Sequence record: OR805292.1
Direction: 5' to 3' (one strand)
DNA length: 64,000 nucleotides
Under the pieces are notes generated by a model. The model saw only the letters and a list, made by a program, of their open reading frames with translations. It made no database searches and was not told where the DNA came from. The translations under genes and the position numbers were made by a program. Within the stretch, counting starts at the first letter, position 1; each line of letters opens with the position of its first letter. This document shows positions 18,124 through 27,550 of this stretch, in pieces.

Positions 18124-19563
18124 GTGAAACAAAACAAAGACGTAGTAAAGGATTATAATACTGGCGTAGAAGATTTGTTTATAAAATTTTTCTTAACTGA
18201 CCCAGAATTGTTTATTAGATGCCGATCTATAATACAACGAGACCACTATTCGGATAAGATTAACCAAAAAGTTATAGATTTTTTAAATGAACATGCAGAT
18301 AAACATAGTACTCTTCCTACTGTAGAACAAGTATCGGCCATAACAGGAAAATCATTTGAGTTATTAGATAACATACATGATAGCCATAAAAATTGGTTTT
18401 TAGAAGAATACGAAACATTTGCTAGGCATAAACAACTAGAGAATGTAATATTAGAGTCTCCTGATTTATTAGTTACCGGTCGGTACGGAGAAGTTGAACA
18501 AAAAGTTAAGAATGCAGTTTCTATTGCATTAGTTAAAGATTTAGGTACTGATTATTTCGGAGATCCACTATCTAGACTTAATGCCATTAAAGACAGAAAA
18601 TCGTTAGTGTCAACTGGCATGAAAGATTTAGATGCAAAACTGTACGGCGGTTTTGAGCGCGGAGCTCTAAATATTTTTGCAGGACAATCAGGCGCTGGCA
18701 AATCTATATTTCTACAAAATATAGGATTAAATTGGGCTATAGCAGGACTTAACGTAGTTTACCTTAGTTTAGAATTAAGCGAAAACCTATGTTCTATGCG
18801 CATAGATTCTATGAACACAGGTATTGATACAAAAGAAGTTTTACGCAGGGTAGATGATGTAGCTATAAAAGTTATTGAATCTAAAAAGAAAACTAAAGGC
18901 TCCCTTCGAATTAAGCAATTGCCTAACGGTTGTACAGCCAACGATATACGTTCTTATATAAAAGAATACGAAATTCAAACAGGATTAAAAGTAGATGCAA
19001 TAATGTTAGACTATTTGGATTTGTGTATGCCTATAAGTAAAAAGGTAAGTCCATCGGATCTGTTTGTTAAAGACAAATACGTTTCTGAAGAATTAAGGAA
19101 CTTAGCAGTCGAGCTTCAAATTCTATTAGTCACTGCATCGCAGTTAAACAGAAATTCACACGAATCTGTAGATTTCGGACATGAACACATTTCTGGAGGT
19201 ATTTCTAAGATTAATACTGCCGATAATGTAATAGCTATTTTTACAACGCAAGCTATGAGAGAAAATGGAAGATATCAAATTCAATTTCTTAAAACACGTT
19301 CGTCGTCGGGTGTCGGGCAGAAAGTAGATCTTGCGTTTGATCAAAGAACACTAAGATTATCTGATTTAGATCCAGAACAAGCTAGCGCATTATCTGAGAA
19401 TACAAGGAGTGTTATTGATAAACTCCGCGCAGATAGGTCATTAGACACACCTAATAATAAAGATACTCATGTACAAAAGACACCTGCTATTGAACAAAAA
19501 CCGGTAGAATCTATGGTAGAAAAAAGTGCCCGGCTTCGTAATCTACTTAGCGGCAACAGATAA
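18124..19563 (+). CDS. dnaB: Replicative helicase (gp41/DnaB-like)
   Basis: GQSGAGKS, SLELSE, LDYLDL, TASQLNR, KTRSS. Confidence 0.93.
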   Translation: MKQNKDVVKDYNTGVEDLFIKFFLTDPELFIRCRSIIQRDHYSDKINQKVIDFLNEHADKHSTLPTVEQVSAITGKSFELLDNIHDSHKNWFLEEYETFARHKQLENVILESPDLLVTGRYGEVEQKVKNAVSIALVKDLGTDYFGDPLSRLNAIKDRKSLVSTGMKDLDAKLYGGFERGALNIFAGQSGAGKSIFLQNIGLNWAIAGLNVVYLSLELSENLCSMRIDSMNTGIDTKEVLRRVDDVAIKVIESKKKTKGSLRIKQLPNGCTANDIRSYIKEYEIQTGLKVDAIMLDYLDLCMPISKKVSPSDLFVKDKYVSEELRNLAVELQILLVTASQLNRNSHESVDFGHEHISGGISKINTADNVIAIFTTQAMRENGRYQIQFLKTRSSSGVGQKVDLAFDQRTLRLSDLDPEQASALSENTRSVIDKLRADRSLDTPNNKDTHVQKTPAIEQKPVESMVEKSARLRNLLSGNR

Positions 19564-19603
19564 TAGTAATAGTAGATAAATATAACGAATAGGGGATACT
19601 GAT

Positions 19604-19843
19604 GTGAGTACTAGACGTAGTATTTTAGAAGAACTTAATAATTATGTTCCTTCTAAGAGCAAAGAAGAATTGATAGAATATAGAGCAGAACATATAATAC
19701 AATCTGCAATTCATCTAATTGAGTATATCGAATCTAATTACTCTGATGCAGACGCAGAGCAATTAGAAAAAAAATTACTTAGTAGTATCAAATACAAGGA
19801 TGCTAAACGATTTAGTAAGTCAGTGAGAAAACTTAAGGAATAA
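19604..19843 (+). CDS. Hypothetical late protein
   Basis: GTG start with SD; TAAATA at 19577-19582. Confidence 0.6.
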   Translation: MSTRRSILEELNNYVPSKSKEELIEYRAEHIIQSAIHLIEYIESNYSDADAEQLEKKLLSSIKYKDAKRFSKSVRKLKE

Positions 19844-19845
19844 TA

Positions 19846-20457
19846 ATGAAAAAAGTATTCGAAGCTAGTACATTTGACGATTTCATTGGGTTAAACAGTC
19901 CGGTAGCACAACAGAGCAGCTATATGCATGAAGCGCCGGATGCATCTGATGCAGAATCTTCTTCTAAAAAGAAGATAGCTTCTAAACAACCTAATAAAAA
20001 AGCGCCTACTAAACGTACTACTAAAGAAGTCGTTAAACAATTTGTTAAAAAAGCAAGTGAAGACAATGCAAAAGTGGGTCCAGAAAAAAAAGAAACTGAT
20101 CCAGAATATGTAAAGCAGTTTCTTATAGGTTTAGGATATCCGGAAGAGCAGGTGCAAGATATAATTCAAGGTAAATTAAAAGTCCCAACAAAAATACCTG
20201 AAATTATTCCAGATACACAAAAACTAGAAACAAAACCTGAACAACCTAAACAAACACAACGACCAGCGCCCACTCGCGCTCCCGAGCCAAGACCTGACAT
20301 AGCAGGCGAACTTAACTCCTACACTAAAGCTAATACATTTGAATTGACTCCAGAACAACAGGAAGACATGGAGCGTATTCAAAGATTTGTAACATCAGGT
20401 GTGTTAAATAAAAGACAACTTCTTACGCTAATACGAGAATTAGAAAACGATGACTAA
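19846..20457 (+). CDS. Putative internal head protein
   Basis: MKKVFEAS leader, low-complexity Lys/Pro/Glu-rich sequence, late operon. Confidence 0.5.
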   Translation: MKKVFEASTFDDFIGLNSPVAQQSSYMHEAPDASDAESSSKKKIASKQPNKKAPTKRTTKEVVKQFVKKASEDNAKVGPEKKETDPEYVKQFLIGLGYPEEQVQDIIQGKLKVPTKIPEIIPDTQKLETKPEQPKQTQRPAPTRAPEPRPDIAGELNSYTKANTFELTPEQQEDMERIQRFVTSGVLNKRQLLTLIRELENDD

Positions 20458-21649
20458 TAAAACTTTTAAAAGATTTTTATCTACAGAAAAATCTAAACAG
20501 GAATTAAAAGATCTAAACCGTCTCTATGAATCTGTGCGTAACGATATTTCGGAGTTTACTACAATCATAGAGGCATTTATTTCGCCGGGAGAAATAGTAA
20601 ATATATTCAACATTGCTTCTAAGAAAAGAGGATCTGGTAAAGGATTTTTAGGATCCTTTACTTCTGATAACAGAAGTGCATCAAATGCTGCCAATCAAGT
20701 TAAACAGCGAATAGAGCCTGTAATAGCCCAAATATATGATCAGGCAGAACAAACTGAAATATCACATGAAGTTCAGTCAGATGATAAAGAAACTGCCGAA
20801 GAAGCTCAACGTAAACTTAATAAACAGGCAATAAAAGATAAAGTAGATATAAAGACTGCGTTATCTGGCCAAAGACGAGCAGCAGATGTTAATAAAATGG
20901 TAGATTATTTAATGAGGCAGCTATCTAATTCTGCCGCCGCTGCATTTATATCATCTACTTTATCTGCCGCCGCAGAATCTGCTAAAAAAGGAACAGTAGC
21001 AAACGAAATATTTGCTATGTTATCATTTGCACTAGATAAAGTCAATAAAGAATTAGATGATACTTCCTCTACAAATGAATCTATTATAAACGAAGGACCA
21101 TTGGATTTTTTATCGAGGGCTTGGTCTAGAGTCACAGACACTATCGGCAATTCAAATGTAGGACAAAATGCATCTAATAAGCTAGACGTATTAAAGGGAC
21201 AATTAGGTCTAAATGGCGGGCGCGGTGAAGTTGATGCAGATATACTAAAACGAGTATGGAAGAATAAATATCACGGTTCTACTGATAGTGCAGATATAGA
21301 GCAAATTCTTAAAGATTTTAAATTTAGTGATAGAGAAATCAAAAATATATTCAAAGAAGCAGGAATTACAAAAGAAGAAGATTATAATGAAGAATTGGTT
21401 AGGGTAGCATCTCTTATTAAGAAAGCAGGGTTGCGAGCGCCTGTACTATCATGGCTAAAAAGAAACCAATCTAGATTGTATAAACTTCTTCCTGAAAGTA
21501 TCGAATCTCCTATAATGGAAAAGTCTACTTTATCTGACAAAGATGTTTTAGATATTATTACTCAATTAACTTCTGAAACTGAACACCGAGATACCAATGA
21601 ACTCGACCCAGATAATGCATCTAAACAGTTAAATAGAAAACATCGGTAA
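20450..21649 (+). CDS. Putative virion/internal protein
   Basis: Multiple I/L-x-E sites (LYES, IINEG, LPES), late operon. Confidence 0.5.
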   Translation: MTNKTFKRFLSTEKSKQELKDLNRLYESVRNDISEFTTIIEAFISPGEIVNIFNIASKKRGSGKGFLGSFTSDNRSASNAANQVKQRIEPVIAQIYDQAEQTEISHEVQSDDKETAEEAQRKLNKQAIKDKVDIKTALSGQRRAADVNKMVDYLMRQLSNSAAAAFISSTLSAAAESAKKGTVANEIFAMLSFALDKVNKELDDTSSTNESIINEGPLDFLSRAWSRVTDTIGNSNVGQNASNKLDVLKGQLGLNGGRGEVDADILKRVWKNKYHGSTDSADIEQILKDFKFSDREIKNIFKEAGITKEEDYNEELVRVASLIKKAGLRAPVLSWLKRNQSRLYKLLPESIESPIMEKSTLSDKDVLDIITQLTSETEHRDTNELDPDNASKQLNRKHR

Positions 21650-21662
21650 TATTATTTTCTAT

Positions 21663-21701
21663 AAAAATCCCGTTACTGCTTGACGCAATAACGGGATTTT
21701 T
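21663..21701. terminator. Bidirectional terminator overlapping a promoter -35
   Basis: AAAAATCCCGTTA 21663-21675 / TAACGGGATTTTT 21689-21701, with TTGAC in the apical loop. Confidence 0.8.
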
Positions 21702-21709
21702 GCTATTAT
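21680..21709 (+). promoter_or_regulatory. Sigma70 promoter
   Basis: TTGACG, 18 nt, TATTAT with extended TG. Confidence 0.6.
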
Positions 21710-21733
21710 AACTTCGAATAATAAGGTAATAGT

Positions 21734-23074
21734 ATGAATATTGCAGAAATACAAAAACACAAAGGGATTAAACATTTAGATAACTTAACACTTACAGAAT
21801 TAGTATCATTTGTTAATTCCATGCATGAAGCTACTATAACAGAAAAAATAGACGGTTACTATTTATGTATGGGGTTAGATAATATAGGTCTATTTACATC
21901 CAGGGAAGGTAAGGGCGGAACTAGAATTTATAATATTTCTGCATTAGAAAAGACATTTAAGAATGTATACCATATAATGGCCCACACCCTGTTAGAACAA
22001 AATAAAGACATTTTAATTAAAAGTGGATTAACAGTTGGGGATATATATGAAATCGAAGTATTATACGGGAAGATACCTAACGTAATTGAATATGACGGCA
22101 TCAATCGAATTGTATTTTTAAGAAATTTAAACGGCAATTCGTTTGATTGTGTATCTACAGCAATGGATAACATAAGAGATTGTGTTGAGTTGTCTATACC
22201 TGTAGTAAATGACAATGGTGTAAGTTTTACTGAAGAGACGAATATAACAGAATGGGAATTTTCTAAATTAGAAAGTATAAAACTATCTAATCTTAATCTT
22301 CAATTAGATACAATTTTAAAAGATATAGTAGACTTTGCTAGTTCTCCTTCTAAAATAGAAGGGATGACTAATTTAAAGTCAATTGAACTTAAAGTGACCA
22401 GTAGGTTAAATAGCGAGAAGGTTACCGAAGATAGCAAACAACTCATTAAAGATAATAGAGAGTATATTTTCAACAAAACAAAAGAGTTTTCTTCTAAGTT
22501 AAAAGAACGTATATTAAATGATATATCTTTAAAATCTAATTTCGGTGCTACCTTTGTAGAAGGATATGTAATACGTACACCTAGTATGCAAGTAAAAATT
22601 GTAGATAAGACTTTATTTACTGAAGTAAATGAATTTTATCATATGTACAGTAATGCACTTTGTAGATTGGCAACGAATGATATTATCTCCGGACAAACTT
22701 CTCTATTTAGTGAAACTTTTATAAAAGTAGGCAAAGTCCTCGGCAATAAAAATCTAGGCACAGTTAGGCGCAAACAAGTAAACATTGATGATAGAATTCT
22801 AAATAATATAGATAAAAATGTAATATTAGGAATACTATCTGAATCTATAAACGAGCTAGACACTTTTACTAAATCTTATTTAAACAGATATAAAGATATG
22901 GAAAAAGTGGTATATAAATCGTATATGAAATATACATTTAGATATAACGATTCTGTTCATACAAAAACATTAGAAGCAATTTCTAATCTTAGGAATAGAT
23001 TGTATAATGCGAAAGAAATAGTTAGTAATTCTAGTTCTGTAAAAGAATTATTTAACAAGTTGGCGTCTATATAG
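21734..23074 (+). CDS. RNA/DNA ligase-like nucleotidyltransferase (ATP-dependent ligase superfamily)
   Basis: Motif I TEKIDG, III YEIEVL, IV FVEGYVIR, V VKIVDK. Confidence 0.6.
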   Translation: MNIAEIQKHKGIKHLDNLTLTELVSFVNSMHEATITEKIDGYYLCMGLDNIGLFTSREGKGGTRIYNISALEKTFKNVYHIMAHTLLEQNKDILIKSGLTVGDIYEIEVLYGKIPNVIEYDGINRIVFLRNLNGNSFDCVSTAMDNIRDCVELSIPVVNDNGVSFTEETNITEWEFSKLESIKLSNLNLQLDTILKDIVDFASSPSKIEGMTNLKSIELKVTSRLNSEKVTEDSKQLIKDNREYIFNKTKEFSSKLKERILNDISLKSNFGATFVEGYVIRTPSMQVKIVDKTLFTEVNEFYHMYSNALCRLATNDIISGQTSLFSETFIKVGKVLGNKNLGTVRRKQVNIDDRILNNIDKNVILGILSESINELDTFTKSYLNRYKDMEKVVYKSYMKYTFRYNDSVHTKTLEAISNLRNRLYNAKEIVSNSSSVKELFNKLASI

Positions 23075-24094
23075 ATGGCACATTTAAGTAAAACTCAACT
23101 ATTAAAAAGAAATAATTGGGATATATTTCTTAATAAAATAGAAAATAGAGAGTATTTTACACTAGTAAATGGTAGTAAAATAAAATTAGGATATAAGTCT
23201 ACTGTAGCTAATTCTAAATTTGTTAAATTTTTACGTTCTTCAGGTTTAGAGAAGTCGCTAGAATCGTTAAAAGATGGGAATAAAATTGTATTCCCGTCCG
23301 GTAGCGATACTGTAGCCCTTTCTGAAATATTAAAATCTAGTGAATTTGGCGGAAAACCCGGAAGCAAACAGTTATTAGAAAGGCAAGAGCATTCCTTTGT
23401 ATCTATAATAAATAATGAAACAAGTAGTTGCCCTGTCACTATTAATGCTAATTTAAAAATAGAAAATGTTACAAATGCATATAAATATAGTGGGAGAAAC
23501 AGTTTAGGAAAAGAACCGTACACTGATGTTGTTCTTAATACAGTTAATGGAACGTGCTACAATATAAGTATGAAAGGTGTTACGTCGCCGTCTATAGCAG
23601 GCGGCGGCCTAGCAGGCATAAACGTAATAGCACCCGGATTTATGAACGAACCGTTGCAATGTGCTATAGAATACTTTAAAAACAAAGGATATAAACAAGG
23701 TCACGAATTTTCTAAAAATGACCCAGCAGATGTATTTTATAAAATTCCAGTTTCTGTTGCTACTAAGATAGTAAAAGGTACAAAAGAAATGGGAGGACCC
23801 ATAGATTATCTATACATAGGTCCTATGGATGTAAAATATTCTGTTACAGATGATGTAATTACATTTAATGGTAAATTTTTAACTGTTTCTGATTTAATAA
23901 ATTCGGAAGAGTTATATATTAGGATTAGGCGCCGGTCAAATGACCAGACACTAACATATATTGATGTAGATACATTTGGTTATCCTAGCTTATTTACTAG
24001 TCGATCCGAGCCTAACAGACGGATAGAAGTTTATAAGAAATCCCAAATGCCAAGGAACGCAACAATAATTAATAAGGGTTTACAATGCGATTAG
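23075..24094 (+). CDS. Putative restriction-endonuclease-fold (PD-(D/E)XK) protein
   Basis: KSSEFGG and PYTDVVL...YNISMKG (D...S-x-K variant) pattern. Confidence 0.45.
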   Translation: MAHLSKTQLLKRNNWDIFLNKIENREYFTLVNGSKIKLGYKSTVANSKFVKFLRSSGLEKSLESLKDGNKIVFPSGSDTVALSEILKSSEFGGKPGSKQLLERQEHSFVSIINNETSSCPVTINANLKIENVTNAYKYSGRNSLGKEPYTDVVLNTVNGTCYNISMKGVTSPSIAGGGLAGINVIAPGFMNEPLQCAIEYFKNKGYKQGHEFSKNDPADVFYKIPVSVATKIVKGTKEMGGPIDYLYIGPMDVKYSVTDDVITFNGKFLTVSDLINSEELYIRIRRRSNDQTLTYIDVDTFGYPSLFTSRSEPNRRIEVYKKSQMPRNATIINKGLQCD

Positions 24095-24330
24095 ATGAAA
24101 TACAAAGTAAAACTCCTGTATCCGATATTACTAAGGATATAGCTTTCGATAAGAGTTTATATCAAAAGGTCATTAAAATAATCAATAAGAGAATTAAATT
24201 AGGCGACCTCGGCGCCGGCGCAGCGAAACGGTCTGTAATAAAACGCTGGAAAACAGGCGATCGCATTGCGCAAGGTTATAATGCAGATTTGAGTAAAATA
24301 AATCTATCAATATCGGACGTATTAAAATAA
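24085..24330 (+). CDS. Small putative head-packaged protein
   Basis: MRLDEI leader, basic. Confidence 0.45.
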   Translation: MRLDEIQSKTPVSDITKDIAFDKSLYQKVIKIINKRIKLGDLGAGAAKRSVIKRWKTGDRIAQGYNADLSKINLSISDVLK

Positions 24331-25043
24331 TGAGCGGAAATGCATTTGGTCAATTAGAACCGGTGAGCTTATCGGTATTACCAGATATAGTGTTGTCGTT
24401 AGAAAGTATTCTTAGTTTATCTTTATCGAATAACTATTTAGGATCTACTGGAAAATTTCCAGTAACAGGTGATATAGATTTAGCAATAGATAAAGATTAT
24501 ATAACGTTATCTGATTTTAAATCTTTATTATTATCTTCGTTTGGTCAAGAAAATGTAATCCAACATGGCGGACAGCCATCTTTCTCTGTTAAATATCAGC
24601 ACACTGATACTAAATATTATCAGGTAGATTTTATGCACGGGGAAGTTAATTGGCTAAAATTATATTATTTTAGAGATGAAAACTCAGCATACAAAGGATC
24701 TCATAGAAATTTAGCAATTTCTGGAATTTTCCAAACACAATTCTTGGATCCCACTACTGATTATGTTTCTAGATATATATGGTCGCCTGTCAGGGGTATG
24801 GTACGAATAAATCGATATTACGATACATCTATACCTGATGTTACTATATCGCAAACTACCCATCCTACTTTAATAAAATATGTACTAGGGGCTAATATAA
24901 ATTCTTTAGAGGATTTATATAATTTTATTCCGTATTATGAAGGAGATCCAGAAGCGACGTATTCTGCTATAGCAAATAATTTTAAAAATGCTAATATAGT
25001 GGACGGTTTTGTATTTCCTACAGAAATACAAAAATATATTTAG
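24330..25043 (+). CDS. Pol-beta superfamily nucleotidyltransferase
   Basis: LGSTGK...GDIDLAI...YQVDFM (GS, DxD, third D). Confidence 0.7.
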   Translation: MSGNAFGQLEPVSLSVLPDIVLSLESILSLSLSNNYLGSTGKFPVTGDIDLAIDKDYITLSDFKSLLLSSFGQENVIQHGGQPSFSVKYQHTDTKYYQVDFMHGEVNWLKLYYFRDENSAYKGSHRNLAISGIFQTQFLDPTTDYVSRYIWSPVRGMVRINRYYDTSIPDVTISQTTHPTLIKYVLGANINSLEDLYNFIPYYEGDPEATYSAIANNFKNANIVDGFVFPTEIQKYI

Positions 25044-25050
25044 GATTTTT

Positions 25051-25482
25051 ATGTCTAGTTATCAATCACGTTTTGACAAAATTATGTCGTCTATAGACAA
25101 TACAACTAATATAAAAGTAGACTGGGATGACATAAAAAACAATGGAACTCAAGCAGAATTTCATAGAAAGCACAAAGGCGAAGTTATATTTGGGTACAAC
25201 TTCGGCGGAAAATTTTACTATAAACACGGCAATGTAATTAAGTCACTTCCATATCCCGGTCTAGAAGAGAGTGTATCTTTGCAAGAAAGTAGACCTACTA
25301 GATTAATAGACCTTATTTCTAGTATAGGAAAGAGTGATTTTATAAAAGATATAGTTTCTATAAAATCTACAACTAATGGCATAGTTGCGTTAGTTAGTAC
25401 AACGGATGGAAATGCATATGAAATAACTCTCATTCCGGCAGAATACTCTACAAAATTTCCGGAAAAAACTAATAAACAATAG
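25051..25482 (+). CDS. Hypothetical protein
   Basis: ORF from ATG 25051 (MSSYQSRF) after an AGGA SD. Confidence 0.55.
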   Translation: MSSYQSRFDKIMSSIDNTTNIKVDWDDIKNNGTQAEFHRKHKGEVIFGYNFGGKFYYKHGNVIKSLPYPGLEESVSLQESRPTRLIDLISSIGKSDFIKDIVSIKSTTNGIVALVSTTDGNAYEITLIPAEYSTKFPEKTNKQ

Positions 25483-25548
25483 AAAAAGATAAATAACTAT
25501 AGCTACAAAGGAAACTTTGTATAAATTAATTAATGGAGAATATTTAAC

Positions 25549-25851
25549 ATGGTACAAAAAGTACATGGCGGCATCTTAGCAGGTACTAACTTAACTGGTC
25601 ATCTGCAATATCTAAAAATCGAAGTTGCTAGCGTTGACGTAAACCCGCAATTACCTAACAGCGTAGCAGAACAAGTATATCGCACTGTTTCTTTAAAATC
25701 GACTCTAGTTATTATAGAATTCGATGCTGGTGTAATGCATGTTGCTGTAGAAAATGCTGGCGACGGCTGGACCAAGGCAGACCTAGAAGCTGCATTAACT
25801 GCTGCTGGTTTGACTGGTACTGTTACTGTAGGTAAGTTTACTGTAGTTTAA
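25549..25851 (+). CDS. Putative virion structural protein
   Basis: TAAATA 25490-25495, GGAG SD, own terminator, MVQKVHG N-terminus. Confidence 0.65.
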   Translation: MVQKVHGGILAGTNLTGHLQYLKIEVASVDVNPQLPNSVAEQVYRTVSLKSTLVIIEFDAGVMHVAVENAGDGWTKADLEAALTAAGLTGTVTVGKFTVV

Positions 25852-25874
25852 TATAGTTAACTTAAATGAAACTT

Positions 25875-25897
25875 GAAAGGGCTTAATAAGCCCTTTC
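25875..25897. terminator. Terminator hairpin
   Basis: GAAAGGGCTTA-A-TAAGCCCTTTC. Confidence 0.7.
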
Positions 25898-25969
25898 TTG
25901 TTCTTAGTGTGTAGAAAAAACTTTACATATGCGATAAATACCTATATAATATGTGTATAGGTAATAGCA

Positions 25970-26434
25970 ATGACACAAAAAATTCATGGTACTAGTAGTG
26001 CCCAACAAAATCTAACTGCCGATGTACCCTATTTTATAGTATATGCGCAATCCGATAAGGCATATACTGATCCCGAAAACGCAGAAGGGATAAACATCTT
26101 AGTAACAAATAATATACATGATATAAGCCAAAAGAATTTCGAAATACTTCTTCAAAGTATAGGTCTCAGAGCTATGCCAGTTATAATGAATAATCCTGTT
26201 CCTGTTGCTAATTTAGCTGCATATGGTGCCCCTACATTAATTGGTGAAGGATTTGTATGGAAATTTGCATGTGAAATGCCGGAAGTGTTTACTAATTATA
26301 ACCCATATGGTACACCTGGAACAACTGGGTTATTAGTAGACGAACTAGATGGTATTATATTGCCGTCGGGTACCATTATAAGAACATATGGGTCGGGTTT
26401 AAACATAGAATTTGTGAGATCTTCATTATTATGA
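25970..26434 (+). CDS. Putative virion structural protein (N-terminus similar to the 25549 gene)
   Basis: TAAATA 25935-25940; MTQKIHG...NLT N-terminus. Confidence 0.65.
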   Translation: MTQKIHGTSSAQQNLTADVPYFIVYAQSDKAYTDPENAEGINILVTNNIHDISQKNFEILLQSIGLRAMPVIMNNPVPVANLAAYGAPTLIGEGFVWKFACEMPEVFTNYNPYGTPGTTGLLVDELDGIILPSGTIIRTYGSGLNIEFVRSSLL

Positions 26435-27057
26435 ATAAAATAAAATTAGAACAAATATTAAAAGAACAATTCGGTTTAAACGAACTAGAATTACGTTCAT
26501 TTATGAAATATATTTCATTTAAGGATTTCGTGGCATTAACTGAGAGTCAAGACCACATAGATTCTGACATTATAAAACATATAGTAGAATCGTTAGATAA
26601 TAGTTATTCTGCTGTAAGGGATACTTCGATTGCACCAAATCAACAACAAAAAATTACTGCTGCTGATTTAACTAATTTAAAAGATACTCCTAATTTTAAG
26701 AAATTAAAAACTGGTGATAAACTTACAATTGCTAATCCCGAATCCGGAAATCCTAAAGATGTAACAGTAAAAAATAAAACAATAGCAGGCAATACTATTA
26801 CTATTAATACTTCCGACGGCGGTTCGATTGTTCAATCGGGCGATAGTATAATTCCGGTTACTCCTAATATGTCTGCAGACGATGCAACAAAAGAAATCGA
26901 TCGTATAAAAAAATTAGCCGGTATATCTAATGATTCGGCTGTAGATGAATCATCATTTATGTCATCTGCTGCTATAAGTGGTGTAGTAACTCCATTAGGT
27001 GAAATAAAACGTAGACATAAGAAACCTAAAAAGCCCGGTCCCAAACCAAAAAAGTAA
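26431..27057 (+). CDS. Putative internal head protein
   Basis: MNKIKLEQILKE leader, LTES/VDES sites, basic C-terminus. Confidence 0.5.
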   Translation: MNKIKLEQILKEQFGLNELELRSFMKYISFKDFVALTESQDHIDSDIIKHIVESLDNSYSAVRDTSIAPNQQQKITAADLTNLKDTPNFKKLKTGDKLTIANPESGNPKDVTVKNKTIAGNTITINTSDGGSIVQSGDSIIPVTPNMSADDATKEIDRIKKLAGISNDSAVDESSFMSSAAISGVVTPLGEIKRRHKKPKKPGPKPKK

Positions 27058-27058
27058 T

Positions 27059-27514
27059 ATGCCTAAAAAAATAAACAAAAAGAAAATATTAGAGACATTT
27101 GATGAAGTAATATCATCTACTATACTATCATTAAATGAAGATGAGTTAGAATTATTAGCAGATAAAAAGAATGAATCTGTATATGGTAGTTATGTAATTA
27201 AATATAAAAATGATAAGTGGATAATAGTTAATTCCGATACAGCAAGAAAAGAAAACATTTCTTTTAACTTATACAGTACGGCATACTGCTATGCTATGTG
27301 TATGGAAAAGAATTTAATAAACGGAAAAAGAAAAGTTCTAAATTGGGAATCTAGTTACACAAAACATTTAAATGATATAGTTCATTATTCGTATTCTAAA
27401 CGATTTGCTAATTTAGAAGATACTTGTATGTATGATGACAGAATTTCTGTTGCTAAACACAACATCGTTAAGCTAAAGCGCGCAATTAGATCCTTTAGGT
27501 TATCTAATAAATAA
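27059..27514 (+). CDS. Hypothetical protein
   Basis: 151-aa ORF in the late operon. Confidence 0.55.
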   Translation: MPKKINKKKILETFDEVISSTILSLNEDELELLADKKNESVYGSYVIKYKNDKWIIVNSDTARKENISFNLYSTAYCYAMCMEKNLINGKRKVLNWESSYTKHLNDIVHYSYSKRFANLEDTCMYDDRISVAKHNIVKLKRAIRSFRLSNK

Positions 27515-27550
27515 TGATAAATATATACAAAATTATAAGGTAATTTAGCT

